56,227 nucleotides of DNA, from the IMG/VR virus record IMGVR_UViG_3300046003_007106, positions 1 to 56,227 of that record, one strand, 5' to 3'. Positions 40,193 to 49,079 of the stretch are shown here, piece by piece. This DNA is from a virus (Duplodnaviria > Caudoviricetes). The position numbers and the translations under genes are program-made. The notes below the pieces were generated by a model. It saw only the letters and a program-made list of their open reading frames with translations, did not search any database and was not told where the DNA came from. Position 1 is the stretch's first letter. Every line of letters starts with the position of its first letter.

Positions 40193-40912
40193 TTAGTTCT
40201 TAAATAAACCCTTTTTAATTAATTTTACAACAACTCTAGATGATGCGGTTTCTAAGCCTTTCTTTGTTGATGTACCTATTGTAGATTGATTAAATTTGAT
40301 TTCATCTACATCATCTAGTATTGTTGACATTTTCACGGTTTTGGCTTCACCTAAACCAGAACCAACAATAACTTCACCAGTCTCAGCATCAACAAATTTA
40401 ACTTGCATACCTAGTCTAGTTGTTTGTGTTGCGGTAGCTTTTCCACTAATTTTAACAACCTCATCTTCGGATACACTAAAGTCATAAACCTCAATGTAAA
40501 CAAAGTATTTCGCTAATTTAACTTTACCCCTACCATCAACTTTGTTTTCGGTAAACCCTTTATCAGATGCTTTAAATTGGTTAACCATTCTTTCTTTGAT
40601 TTCTAACTTATCTTCAGTGAAGACAAATCTGTTAGTCATCTCAAGAAATTCGATTACAATATTAGTTACACCCAAACCAACTCTTTTATCTTTTAGTTCA
40701 GGATACATCTCATAAAGTTCTTCTGTAAACCCAATTTTCAATAATTGGATTGGATACTTTACTGTGTCAGTGTAGTTTGAAACAACCTCAATTGATTGGG
40801 TTTGTTCAAAACTAGCTTTATATTCTTCAGTTTTAACACTACCAATATTCTGTGCCTGAGTTTTACAAGCACAGAATAATATTGGTAATATAATGAATAA
40901 TAATTTTTTCAT
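40193..40912 (-). CDS. CsgG/HfaB-family protein
   Basis: ATG 40912, signal with possible lipobox LFCAC; LGVTNIVIEFLEMTNRFVFTE, QVKFVDAETGEVI motifs. Confidence 0.7.
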   Translation of the reverse strand: MKKLLFIILPILFCACKTQAQNIGSVKTEEYKASFEQTQSIEVVSNYTDTVKYPIQLLKIGFTEELYEMYPELKDKRVGLGVTNIVIEFLEMTNRFVFTEDKLEIKERMVNQFKASDKGFTENKVDGRGKVKLAKYFVYIEVYDFSVSEDEVVKISGKATATQTTRLGMQVKFVDAETGEVIVGSGLGEAKTVKMSTILDDVDEIKFNQSTIGTSTKKGLETASSRVVVKLIKKGLFKN

Positions 40913-40913
40913 A

Positions 40914-41270
40914 TTAAACGTTTGATGTATTTGATAAAGATACGCCGTCTTCCTCATCCACCTTTTGTATTAACATCTTATCTCTGTCTTCTGAATTGAA
41001 CCAGTAGTCAACAACTTTATTCAAGTTACCAACAAAGGCACCTAATAAAATTAACAACATTTCTTTCCAATCCTCTCCAATTGTGGCACCCATGAAAACA
41101 CCTGCGTTAATACCAACGATGATTAACGTGAACAACCCTAATACGATTGCTGTGATTCTCCATCTATTAGATTGCATTTGTTGCAACATATAATAGAATC
41201 TATTTTTATCCTCTACTTTTACAGGGGCTGGTGAACTAATCATATTTTTTAAAGTTTCTTTAATTTTCAT
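40914..41270 (-). CDS. Two-TM membrane protein
   Basis: ITAIVLGLFTLIIVGINAGVF and MLLILLGAFVGNL hydrophobic segments. Confidence 0.7.
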   Translation of the reverse strand: MKIKETLKNMISSPAPVKVEDKNRFYYMLQQMQSNRWRITAIVLGLFTLIIVGINAGVFMGATIGEDWKEMLLILLGAFVGNLNKVVDYWFNSEDRDKMLIQKVDEEDGVSLSNTSNV

Positions 41271-41300
41271 ATCTTTTTTTTGTTTTATTTATTTTTTTGA

Positions 41301-41657
41301 TTACCAAGGACTATCTTCAGTTTCTGATTTTTTAGGTGTTTTTTCTGCTTTAACAGCGGCTGGTGCCGCAGCTGGTGCTGCTTTTTCTATAACAGTGGTC
41401 TTTTCTTTAATAATAGTATTAGTACCCCCTGAAGATTGTTTTTGTTGGTTAGTGTTATTATTTGTTAGATTTACAACCACAGGAGCAGCAGGTGCTACTT
41501 GTTCTGTTTTAGCTTCATCTTTATCACCACCACCAAATAAAGTAGTTGTGAAATAAGTACCACCAGCCATAACAGCTGTTGTTACAACCCCGATAATTGT
41601 TTTCTTTAATCCTGACCAAGTTCCGTCTGATTCAGGGACATTTGTTTCTTCTGACAT
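41301..41657 (-). CDS. Single-TM protein with low-complexity tail
   Basis: TIIGVVTTAVMAGGTYF anchor; Ala/Pro- and Asn/Gln-rich tail. Confidence 0.65.
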   Translation of the reverse strand: MSEETNVPESDGTWSGLKKTIIGVVTTAVMAGGTYFTTTLFGGGDKDEAKTEQVAPAAPVVVNLTNNNTNQQKQSSGGTNTIIKEKTTVIEKAAPAAAPAAVKAEKTPKKSETEDSPW

Positions 41658-41668
41658 TGTTTTAAATT

Positions 41669-43567
41669 TTAGTTTAGTTTTATTGTTTTATTTGTTTTAA
41701 CCTCATTTTGAGTTCTTAAAATACCGTAATATGTACCAGGTACAACATTGCTTAAATCAACAGGGTAAATATATTTACCTTTATACATTTTGCCGCTGAA
41801 AACAGTATGTACTAATCTACCGCTACCATCATAAAATCCAACCGTTATTTCACCATCTTCTGGTACGCTAAAATTAACGTAAGCTGAACCTTCCGTAGGG
41901 TTAGGATATACAATTATTTCGCAATCTTTTGTTAATGTACCACCACCATTTATTTTGAATATTTTAACAACACCGTTTGTTGGGGTTATTCTTAAGTCGG
42001 TTGCATTTGCATCACCAGCATATTTTCTAATAACATACAAAGGGCTATTACCCCAGCTTGTTTGTGGTGATAACGCTGTAAATTGTAATGTTAAAATAGC
42101 GTCACCATTGTTAGCTAAATATTCGTTTCTACTCATATCAGCACCAGCCCATTCAATAATACCGTTATTAGGGTTTAGGAATGACATCCAGTTCATGAAT
42201 TTTTCTTCTGTTTGAATACCTTTGAACTCTAATAACGTGTTGTCGTAAGCTAAAGCTAATTGAGCTGAACCAACTTGATCACCATCGGTTAAAACTTTCA
42301 TTGGTATGTTTACTAAAGTACCCTCAGTGATTTCAATTTTAGGTAAATTAAGTTCGATTGTTGATGTAGGGAAATCGTATTCAACTGTTTCATCGATGAT
42401 ATATTCAGGTGTTTTACTAGGGTTTAAAATTTCAATAGGGATTAAACGAGCCATATGGAAACCAGTACCATTAGCATCACCGCCACCTAATACGTAATAT
42501 GTAATAGAGTCAGGTTGACCAGCGATGATATCAAATATTAAGTTAGTTACACCAGCAATTGATGATGTATAGTTAGTTGAAGAACCGTTAATTGTTGAGT
42601 ATTCTGAAGTTGTAAAGAATCTTACGTCTTGTACAGAGTTTGGCCATACAGAGAATCTACCAGCTAAACGACCGTAGATAGCTGATACGTCAGCAATTGT
42701 AATACTATTTGATCCATTAACATCTGAAGCGTAGTAATCAAATCCAGTTGGTGTCATTTCACCTAATACATATTTGTTAATTCTTTGTGCATCGGCGACA
42801 GATACTGTATTACCAACAGTCATTGTATCACCTTTAACATATAAATGAACATCCCAATAAGTTGTATCTAAGATTTCATCAAAAGCGAAATAACCTGTAA
42901 GATCTGTTGTATCAAGTTTCACTTGAGTCCAAGCACCAGTTGATGTCTTAGGTCTTTTTTCAAGAGCAACTGTGATGTTCTTAGAACCAGAACCTGTTAC
43001 GTTTGTGAATCTACCGTGGTATTTTAATCTATTCATTTTGAACTCACCACCATAACTATATAAAGATAAGTTTGTGTCCATACCAGCGATTGTTGATGCG
43101 TAAGATGGGAATGTTAAAGTACCCGTAATCTTCAAACTATCAATACTAGTTAAAGCCTGGAAAGCGGTTGAATTTTCGTGAAAGAATTTAATCTGGAACG
43201 CTGCACCATTAGCGTATGTAAAGGCGTTGTTTGTACCTGTATAAGCTAAAGTAATGGTGATGTTACCGTTGATTGAATCTGCAACATATTGCATGTACTG
43301 ATCAGAAGTACCGTACAATAAGCTAACGATTGGTTTCGCACCCCCGAAAGCTACTTTGTCGTAGAATACACGGAATTGTAAACCAGAAATTTTACTCGTT
43401 GTTGTGTTGTCATAATAAAGGTTAGCTAATGTGTAACCTTGAGATTGTGGACCAACTGCGTAAGATGAGTCAACGATAACCCAATTACCATTTGATGGAG
43501 CCGTTGTTTGTGCATAACCAATTACGGTTAAAAATGCTAATACTAGCGTTAAAAAAAGATTTTTCAT
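41669..43567 (-). CDS. T9SS-sorted cohesin-dockerin-cohesin scaffold-like protein
   Basis: Signal peptide; ISGLQFRVFYD and VNIPMKV...GSAQLALAYDNTLLEF (cohesin-like); VSVADA...ASDVNGSNSITIADV...GDANG (dockerin-like); IVYPNP...FYDGSGRLV...GTYY...KTIK (T9SS type A CTD). Confidence 0.75.
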   Translation of the reverse strand: MKNLFLTLVLAFLTVIGYAQTTAPSNGNWVIVDSSYAVGPQSQGYTLANLYYDNTTTSKISGLQFRVFYDKVAFGGAKPIVSLLYGTSDQYMQYVADSINGNITITLAYTGTNNAFTYANGAAFQIKFFHENSTAFQALTSIDSLKITGTLTFPSYASTIAGMDTNLSLYSYGGEFKMNRLKYHGRFTNVTGSGSKNITVALEKRPKTSTGAWTQVKLDTTDLTGYFAFDEILDTTYWDVHLYVKGDTMTVGNTVSVADAQRINKYVLGEMTPTGFDYYASDVNGSNSITIADVSAIYGRLAGRFSVWPNSVQDVRFFTTSEYSTINGSSTNYTSSIAGVTNLIFDIIAGQPDSITYYVLGGGDANGTGFHMARLIPIEILNPSKTPEYIIDETVEYDFPTSTIELNLPKIEITEGTLVNIPMKVLTDGDQVGSAQLALAYDNTLLEFKGIQTEEKFMNWMSFLNPNNGIIEWAGADMSRNEYLANNGDAILTLQFTALSPQTSWGNSPLYVIRKYAGDANATDLRITPTNGVVKIFKINGGGTLTKDCEIIVYPNPTEGSAYVNFSVPEDGEITVGFYDGSGRLVHTVFSGKMYKGKYIYPVDLSNVVPGTYYGILRTQNEVKTNKTIKLN

Positions 43568-43587
43568 GTTTATTTGTTTTGATTAAT

Positions 43588-43595
43588 TATAAATA
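43588..43595 (-). promoter_or_regulatory. TATTTATA motif heading the surface-protein operon
   Basis: 20 nt upstream of ATG 43567. Confidence 0.5.
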
Positions 43596-43695
43596 CTAAA
43601 AAATTTTAAAAAAACCATTTACTTTTAAAAAAAAAGTATTAAACACTAAAATAACTTTACACTAAATTTGGATATTTATTGATTAAAAATACCGT

Positions 43696-43947
43696 ATGAA
43701 TAAAATTGCGTTTGAATACTTAAAAGAATTACAACAACAGTTAATAACATTAGGTGATGAACAAAAAAATAAATTGAGTGAGATCAATAACGAAAATTTT
43801 AAAGATGATGTTTTTGAAAACGTTATCGGTAAAATAGATGATGTCCTTTATGAGGTTGAGACTATAATGACTGATATTGAGGAAGGTTATTATAGTAACG
43901 AAAAAAGTGATTTTGATGAGGATGATGATACTTTTGGAGATTTTTAA
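43696..43947 (+). CDS. Small acidic hypothetical protein
   Basis: 83 aa; TATTTAT at 43673-43679. Confidence 0.6.
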   Translation: MNKIAFEYLKELQQQLITLGDEQKNKLSEINNENFKDDVFENVIGKIDDVLYEVETIMTDIEEGYYSNEKSDFDEDDDTFGDF

Positions 43948-43976
43948 AAAAATTTTAAAGTAAAACTATAAAATAC

Positions 43977-44010
43977 AAAACCCTGAATCTACAAGTTCAG
44001 GTTTTTTTTT
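43977..44010 (+). terminator. Intrinsic terminator
   Basis: CCTGAA/TTCAGG hairpin followed by T9. Confidence 0.65.
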
Positions 44011-44013
44011 GTG

Positions 44014-44029
44014 GTTCTTTGACATATTG
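44014..44029 (+). promoter_or_regulatory. boxA-like antitermination element
   Basis: GTTCTTTGACATATTG resembles rrn boxA (TGCTCTTTAACA) and its Bacteroidota form. Confidence 0.45.
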
Positions 44030-44094
44030 GTAATGAAAATAATCGAGTGGTAGGCCAAATTGATAGGGTTTATCTTCTGGTGCTATTTATTAAT

Positions 44095-44556
44095 ATGAGA
44101 AAACTAATATTAATAATCGTAATTGTTTTATCCACAATGATTTGCAAATCGCAAGTTGTTATAGATAAAGCTGGTGATGGTTGGGATCTTAGAGTTGATA
44201 GTGCGTTAACGGTTATTAAACAAACAGATACGACCACTTATAAACTCATTTTAATAGTTTGTGATAAAATAACTTTTTGGTCTGGTAACTACTCAACAAA
44301 CGAGGGTTCTAAAGACACAAAAGGAAGTATAATAATATCATCAGCAGATGCTAAGGCTAAATCCCTTAACAACATCGCTGCTGTTATCGTACATGAATCT
44401 TTACATCTTTATTTTAGGTATAAAGGTGTACGAGAATCACCAAGAGAAGAAATACTTTGTTATTCGTATGAATATAACTTCTTGAGGAAAATACCGAATA
44501 TTGAATATTATCTGTTGGAACATTGTTTAAAACAGATAAATCTCCAACGAAATTAA
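44095..44556 (+). CDS. Secreted HExxH metallopeptidase-like protein
   Basis: ATG 44095 with signal peptide MRKLILIIVIVLSTMICKSQ; IVHESLH...EEILCY. Confidence 0.65.
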   Translation: MRKLILIIVIVLSTMICKSQVVIDKAGDGWDLRVDSALTVIKQTDTTTYKLILIVCDKITFWSGNYSTNEGSKDTKGSIIISSADAKAKSLNNIAAVIVHESLHLYFRYKGVRESPREEILCYSYEYNFLRKIPNIEYYLLEHCLKQINLQRN

Positions 44557-44561
44557 TAATG

Positions 44562-44600
44562 TTATCTATAACTCAGTAGGTTCGAGCCCTGATAGGACGA
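44562..44600 (+). pseudogene. Internally deleted tRNA-like remnant
   Basis: TATAACTCAGT (D-arm-like 5' part) joined to AGGTTCGAGCCCT (T-arm with GTTCGA) and TAGGACGA; no anticodon arm. Confidence 0.3.
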
Positions 44601-44666
44601 CTTAACATTTAAATTACCAGTACTGTTTTTTTTCATTCATAAAAGTATTTATAATAAAACACTTTT

Positions 44667-45800
44667 ATGAAAAAAATTACCTTAAACGAAGAACTTACCA
44701 GAATACAAGAAATGATGGGTGTTAAGCATACTAGCCGAAATGGCAAAAACGCTATAGAAGAACTATCACCTTCGGATATAGTAAACTCAATGAGAGAAGA
44801 AGAAGAAACTGACGAAAACACAGAAGTTCTTAATAAATTCAAAGATCAATACGGTAAAAAAAAGGGTGAAGAAGTTTATTATGCAACTGCTAATAAGCAA
44901 GATAGAGACCCTGAAACATTTGAAAAAAATGAAGAATCCGCAATTGGTGGATGGGATCTTGCTATGGAAGGTATTAGAGTTGATTCTGATAATCGAGTTG
45001 ATTATCTTGAGAATGCCTTGAAGCATGTTTGGAACATGGGTAAAGGTAACAACACTATAGATCTTAAATCAATGGCCCAATCACTAATTGATGATATGTT
45101 CGGAGAACCAGAAGAAGAACCAGATTATAAAATGCCTGGTTATGACGACACGATGGACGCTTTAGGTGATCTTAAATTAGAAAATCTAGATGAACTTCAA
45201 AAAGAGCTTGAAGAAGAGGAAGGTTCTTGGATGGCTATGAGAGCTGGTAAAGATGGCCCAGTTTATGAAAACGAAGAAATGGGTGGGAATGATGAGGTTG
45301 AAGAATCAACAATTACATACTACATTACAAAAAATACTGATAAATATGGGGACACAACATATATCGTAATGAAAAAATACCCATATAAAGATGGATATAT
45401 GGTTGATGAATATAATGGGGAACAATATGCTGATAAATACCAAGCACAGCAAGTTCTTAACTACTTAATAAGACGACAAGAAAAATCTTCAACACGAATG
45501 ACAACTGGTAAAGAAGGTGAGGTTTATGAAAATGAAGAAATGGGAGAAGCTAGGAAACTACAACAAGAGACATATTTTGAAACACAAACTGGTGCTTTAC
45601 AATCGGCTGAAGAATATGCTACCCATAAAGGTTATACTGTTAATTGGGAGAGTATAAACCCAGAACATGTTGCTTACGGCCAAACGGTTAAGTATAGTGT
45701 TGAATTGATGAAAGATGGTACTCCATCTAGAAAGATGTTACAAATATCTTTATATAGAATGGAATCTGGTAAATATGAATTGACAAATTACATTAATTAA
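44667..45800 (+). CDS. Modular acidic protein with LNE leader (putative internal head protein)
   Basis: MKKITLNEELTRIQEMMG; TATTTATA at 44646-44653; internal 40-bp direct repeat. Confidence 0.7.
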   Translation: MKKITLNEELTRIQEMMGVKHTSRNGKNAIEELSPSDIVNSMREEEETDENTEVLNKFKDQYGKKKGEEVYYATANKQDRDPETFEKNEESAIGGWDLAMEGIRVDSDNRVDYLENALKHVWNMGKGNNTIDLKSMAQSLIDDMFGEPEEEPDYKMPGYDDTMDALGDLKLENLDELQKELEEEEGSWMAMRAGKDGPVYENEEMGGNDEVEESTITYYITKNTDKYGDTTYIVMKKYPYKDGYMVDEYNGEQYADKYQAQQVLNYLIRRQEKSSTRMTTGKEGEVYENEEMGEARKLQQETYFETQTGALQSAEEYATHKGYTVNWESINPEHVAYGQTVKYSVELMKDGTPSRKMLQISLYRMESGKYELTNYIN

Positions 45801-45805
45801 AATAT

Positions 45806-46336
45806 ATGGAAAACATTAACGAACAAATATCACGAATAAAAACCATGATGGGTTTAAATGAGGACGGGTCAACACCCCAATCACAAAACCCCACTGGTAC
45901 AACAAAACGTAAATGGACTGATGGTGTTAGCCGTGGTCCAGCTAACCCTATTGGTAACGCACCCTCTAGTATTAGAACAAACCATGGTAGGGCTAATCCA
46001 ATTGAATTGGCTGAAGACGAATCAACAAAACTTGAATCATTTGCTGAAACAAGATTGGGTGGTGCTGAAAAGATTGCTGATAACGCAAAAGAAAAAGGTG
46101 GTGTGGCTTTATTAACTTACCACCATTTTGAAGTTAAATTATCTTATTATGAAAAAGCGGCTAAAGGTGAATTAAACATGGATGACGCTAAAAAAGAATA
46201 CGAAGATTTATTAGAAAAACTTTACTCAAAAACAAAAGATGATATGGGTATTGAACAAATAGATTTTCAAGAACTACTCGGTAAAATGGAAGTACTGGGG
46301 GAGTTGATAATCAAAGAAAATGAAAAAGGAGCTTAA
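45806..46336 (+). CDS. Protein with LNE leader
   Basis: MENINEQISRIKTMMGLNE. Confidence 0.7.
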   Translation: MENINEQISRIKTMMGLNEDGSTPQSQNPTGTTKRKWTDGVSRGPANPIGNAPSSIRTNHGRANPIELAEDESTKLESFAETRLGGAEKIADNAKEKGGVALLTYHHFEVKLSYYEKAAKGELNMDDAKKEYEDLLEKLYSKTKDDMGIEQIDFQELLGKMEVLGELIIKENEKGA

Positions 46337-46351
46337 AAGCTCCTTTTTTTA
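46324..46351. terminator. Bidirectional terminator
   Basis: AAAAAGGAGCTT/AAGCTCCTTTTT between convergent genes. Confidence 0.75.
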
Positions 46352-46372
46352 TTATTTGTATTTTGAATAATC

Positions 46373-46687
46373 TTATTTAATCGGATCGTCAAAATCTGGA
46401 TCACTTTCATGACCTTGTGTTTTTTTATAAGCTTCCAATTCAGTTCTTAACTGATCCCAATCATTGACACCATTATCATTGATATATTCGATTAAGCTAT
46501 ACATATTTTTAAAACCTAGGTACGCTATTGCCGCTGGGTTATCATTTAGATAATCAACGAACTCTTGAATACCAGAAGATTTTAAACTGATTTCACGTAT
46601 GAGTTGTTCGGAATCTTTTTGGGTTTCATTTAAACCCATCATTTTACGCATCTTAGCAATCGTTTCTATTAATATCATTTTTTCCAT
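46373..46687 (-). CDS. Protein with LNE leader
   Basis: MEKMILIETIAKMRKMMGLNE. Confidence 0.7.
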   Translation of the reverse strand: MEKMILIETIAKMRKMMGLNETQKDSEQLIREISLKSSGIQEFVDYLNDNPAAIAYLGFKNMYSLIEYINDNGVNDWDQLRTELEAYKKTQGHESDPDFDDPIK

Positions 46688-47347
46688 TTATGCAAACATT
46701 TTTGATGCTTTTTCGTACCAATCTGGGAAATATCTTCTTAGATATAATTTCATAGCTTTCATCACTAAACCCTCTTTATCAGTATTATATTCTTCCCAAT
46801 CATCCCAAAAATGATCTACAGCTTCCTCAGCCGCATTTTTTAAATCATCATACATCCCTAAATTAAATTCCGTTGGTTCATTAAGATCGGTGTGAATTGT
46901 TTTATTCATATACCCTTGATCAGAACTACCCCAATCTTCATCGATTGCACCTGACTCAACATCATCATAATTTTTTGAAGCGTATTTATTAGCTTCTTCT
47001 TCATCATGAGCATCGATCATCGCTTGATCCTCTGGTGACATACCATCAGTATCTTGAGCTAATAAATCATCAAAAGAAATCATTTTTTCTTCTGGATCAT
47101 TACTTTCACCCATATTTCTACTACGATCCCAATCTTTTTCCATATCAGCCAAAACAGAATCTTTTTCATTACCACTTAATTTATTCCACTCAACCTTACC
47201 ACCAACGTAATCAATAGCGTCCTGATAAAAATCATGTTGTTGTTTAGCGTTTGATTTTGCATTGGACATGTCATCCATATGGTTCTCATTAAGACCCATC
47301 ATATTGCGCATCTTAATAATTTGTTCGTTTAATATAGGTTTTTTCAT
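46688..47347 (-). CDS. Acidic protein with LNE leader
   Basis: Start moved to ATG 47347: MKKPILNEQIIKMRNMMGLNE; TATTTATA on minus strand at 47365-47372. Confidence 0.7.
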   Translation of the reverse strand: MKKPILNEQIIKMRNMMGLNENHMDDMSNAKSNAKQQHDFYQDAIDYVGGKVEWNKLSGNEKDSVLADMEKDWDRSRNMGESNDPEEKMISFDDLLAQDTDGMSPEDQAMIDAHDEEEANKYASKNYDDVESGAIDEDWGSSDQGYMNKTIHTDLNEPTEFNLGMYDDLKNAAEEAVDHFWDDWEEYNTDKEGLVMKAMKLYLRRYFPDWYEKASKMFA

Positions 47348-47505
47348 AACAATTTCTTTATTTATATAAATATACTGAATTTTACCAAAAATACGCATAT
47401 TTATATCAGATGCATCGAAAAAAACAAAATAAAAATAATATAATCACGTAAATGAAAATCTCTCCTTTTTGAAGAGATTTTTTTTTGCCCTAAAAACAAA
47501 AAAAG

Positions 47506-48321
47506 ATGAAAAATACAGAAACTTACCACGAGCTGGTACAAAAAATGAGAACCTTCTTTATCCAAAAAGGATTTAAAGAGGTACCAACACAATCAAGATT
47601 ATCAATCCTTGCTGCATGCGAAAACCCGCACTCAGTTAAAACATTTGAATACAGCGGGGAGATTTGGCCGTTACCACAAACTGGGCAAATGTGGCTTGAG
47701 CATGAACTATTAATGAACCCTGAATGGGATGGAGTGTTCTGCATCTCAACATCATACAGAGAAGAGAAGAACCCAATCCCAGGTAGACACGAATTAATCT
47801 TTCCAATGTTTGAGTTCGAATCAAAAGGTACAATGGAAGATATGATTAAATTGGAAGGTGATTTATTGGCTTATCTTGGGTTTGGTGATTCAATGCATGA
47901 GGTACAATACGAAGATGTGTGTGAAGAATATGGTGGTGTTTCAATCTTGGAAGATGAACACGAGTCAAGAATATGGAAAGAGAAAGGAAATATCGTTTCA
48001 CTTCAACATTTCCCGATCAGAACAAATCCGTTCTGGAATATGAAAAATGATCAAAACGGAATCTTTAATAAGGTTGATGTTATCATGTATGGACAAGAAA
48101 CTATCGGTTCCGCAGAAAGAAGTTGTGATGTAAGTAAGATGAAGGAAATGTTCTATACCATTGAAAATGGTGGTTACGCTGGTAAATTGTTTGAATTATT
48201 CGGTAAAGACCGTGTGGAAGCAGAACTTGAAAAATTCTTATCATTTGACTTTTTCCCAAGATTTGGTGGTGGTATCGGAATGACTAGATTGGCAAGAGCT
48301 TACGAGCTAATGAAAGGTTAA
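47506..48321 (+). CDS. Class II aaRS catalytic-core paralog lacking the anticodon domain (AsnRS-like / archaeal-type asparagine synthetase-like)
   Basis: Motif 1 FFIQKGFKEVPT, motif 2 SYREE...GRH...FPMFEFE, ETIGSAER, motif 3 PRFGGGIGMTRL; only 271 aa. Confidence 0.75.
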   Translation: MKNTETYHELVQKMRTFFIQKGFKEVPTQSRLSILAACENPHSVKTFEYSGEIWPLPQTGQMWLEHELLMNPEWDGVFCISTSYREEKNPIPGRHELIFPMFEFESKGTMEDMIKLEGDLLAYLGFGDSMHEVQYEDVCEEYGGVSILEDEHESRIWKEKGNIVSLQHFPIRTNPFWNMKNDQNGIFNKVDVIMYGQETIGSAERSCDVSKMKEMFYTIENGGYAGKLFELFGKDRVEAELEKFLSFDFFPRFGGGIGMTRLARAYELMKG

Positions 48322-48341
48322 CTTAATGTTATGGTATATAT

Positions 48342-48365
48342 GGGGGTCTTCGGACTCCCTTTTTT
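48342..48365 (+). terminator. Intrinsic terminator
   Basis: GGGGGTC-TTCG-GACTCCC with T-tract. Confidence 0.8.
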
Positions 48366-48398
48366 ATAGTTTAAAAAACTATTTATATAAAAAGGTTA

Positions 48399-49079
48399 AT
48401 GAGGACATTAGTTATATCTGATATACATATTGGATCCAAAGGGTGTAAAGCGGAAGAAATACTCACTTTACTTAAAACAGAATCTTACGAAAGAGTTATT
48501 TTAGTGGGTGATATCATTGATGGGTGGTTATTTAAAAAGTACAGAAAATTCTCATATGATCAAACAAAGGTTATTCGTGAGTTATTAAAACAATCAAAAA
48601 ATAAAGAAATTATCTGGATCTCAGGAAACCATGATGAATTTTTAAGAGAATACAGCCCATTACATATTGGCAACATTATTGTTGTTGATGAATTTATTGA
48701 GGATGGTGTTTGGTTTTGTCATGGTGACAAATACGATGGTGTAATTAAATTAAAATGGCTCGGCGTACTTGGTTCAATCGGATATGATATGGCAATTGTT
48801 TTTGATAGATGGTTGAAAAGAATGGGTAAAAAGACATCTCTTTCAAAATACTTAAAGGATAATGTTAAAGCCGCTGTTTCATTCATGGTTGATTTTGAGA
48901 ACGAGATGGTTCGTCAAACAAAGAAAAGAAACTGTCACACGGTTGTATGTGGACACATACATAATCCATCTGATAAAAATATCAATAACGTTAGATACAT
49001 TAACACGGGTGACTGGGTTGAGAATTGTTCATACGTTATCTATGAAAATAAAGAGTTAGAATTAATAACCAGATATTAA
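48399..49079 (+). CDS. Metallophosphoesterase (UDP-2,3-diacylglucosamine diphosphatase/LpxH-like)
   Basis: SDIHIG, GDIIDGW, GNHD, HGD, CGHIH, NTGDW. Confidence 0.85.
   Translation: MRTLVISDIHIGSKGCKAEEILTLLKTESYERVILVGDIIDGWLFKKYRKFSYDQTKVIRELLKQSKNKEIIWISGNHDEFLREYSPLHIGNIIVVDEFIEDGVWFCHGDKYDGVIKLKWLGVLGSIGYDMAIVFDRWLKRMGKKTSLSKYLKDNVKAAVSFMVDFENEMVRQTKKRNCHTVVCGHIHNPSDKNINNVRYINTGDWVENCSYVIYENKELELITRY

Noticed and set aside
40193-40912. Complete curli (csg) system
   Set aside because: No curlin repeat subunit or CsgE/CsgF was recognised; only a CsgG-like protein is present
44030-44082. Possible second tRNA fragment after the boxA-like element
   Set aside because: No T-loop or cloverleaf could be built
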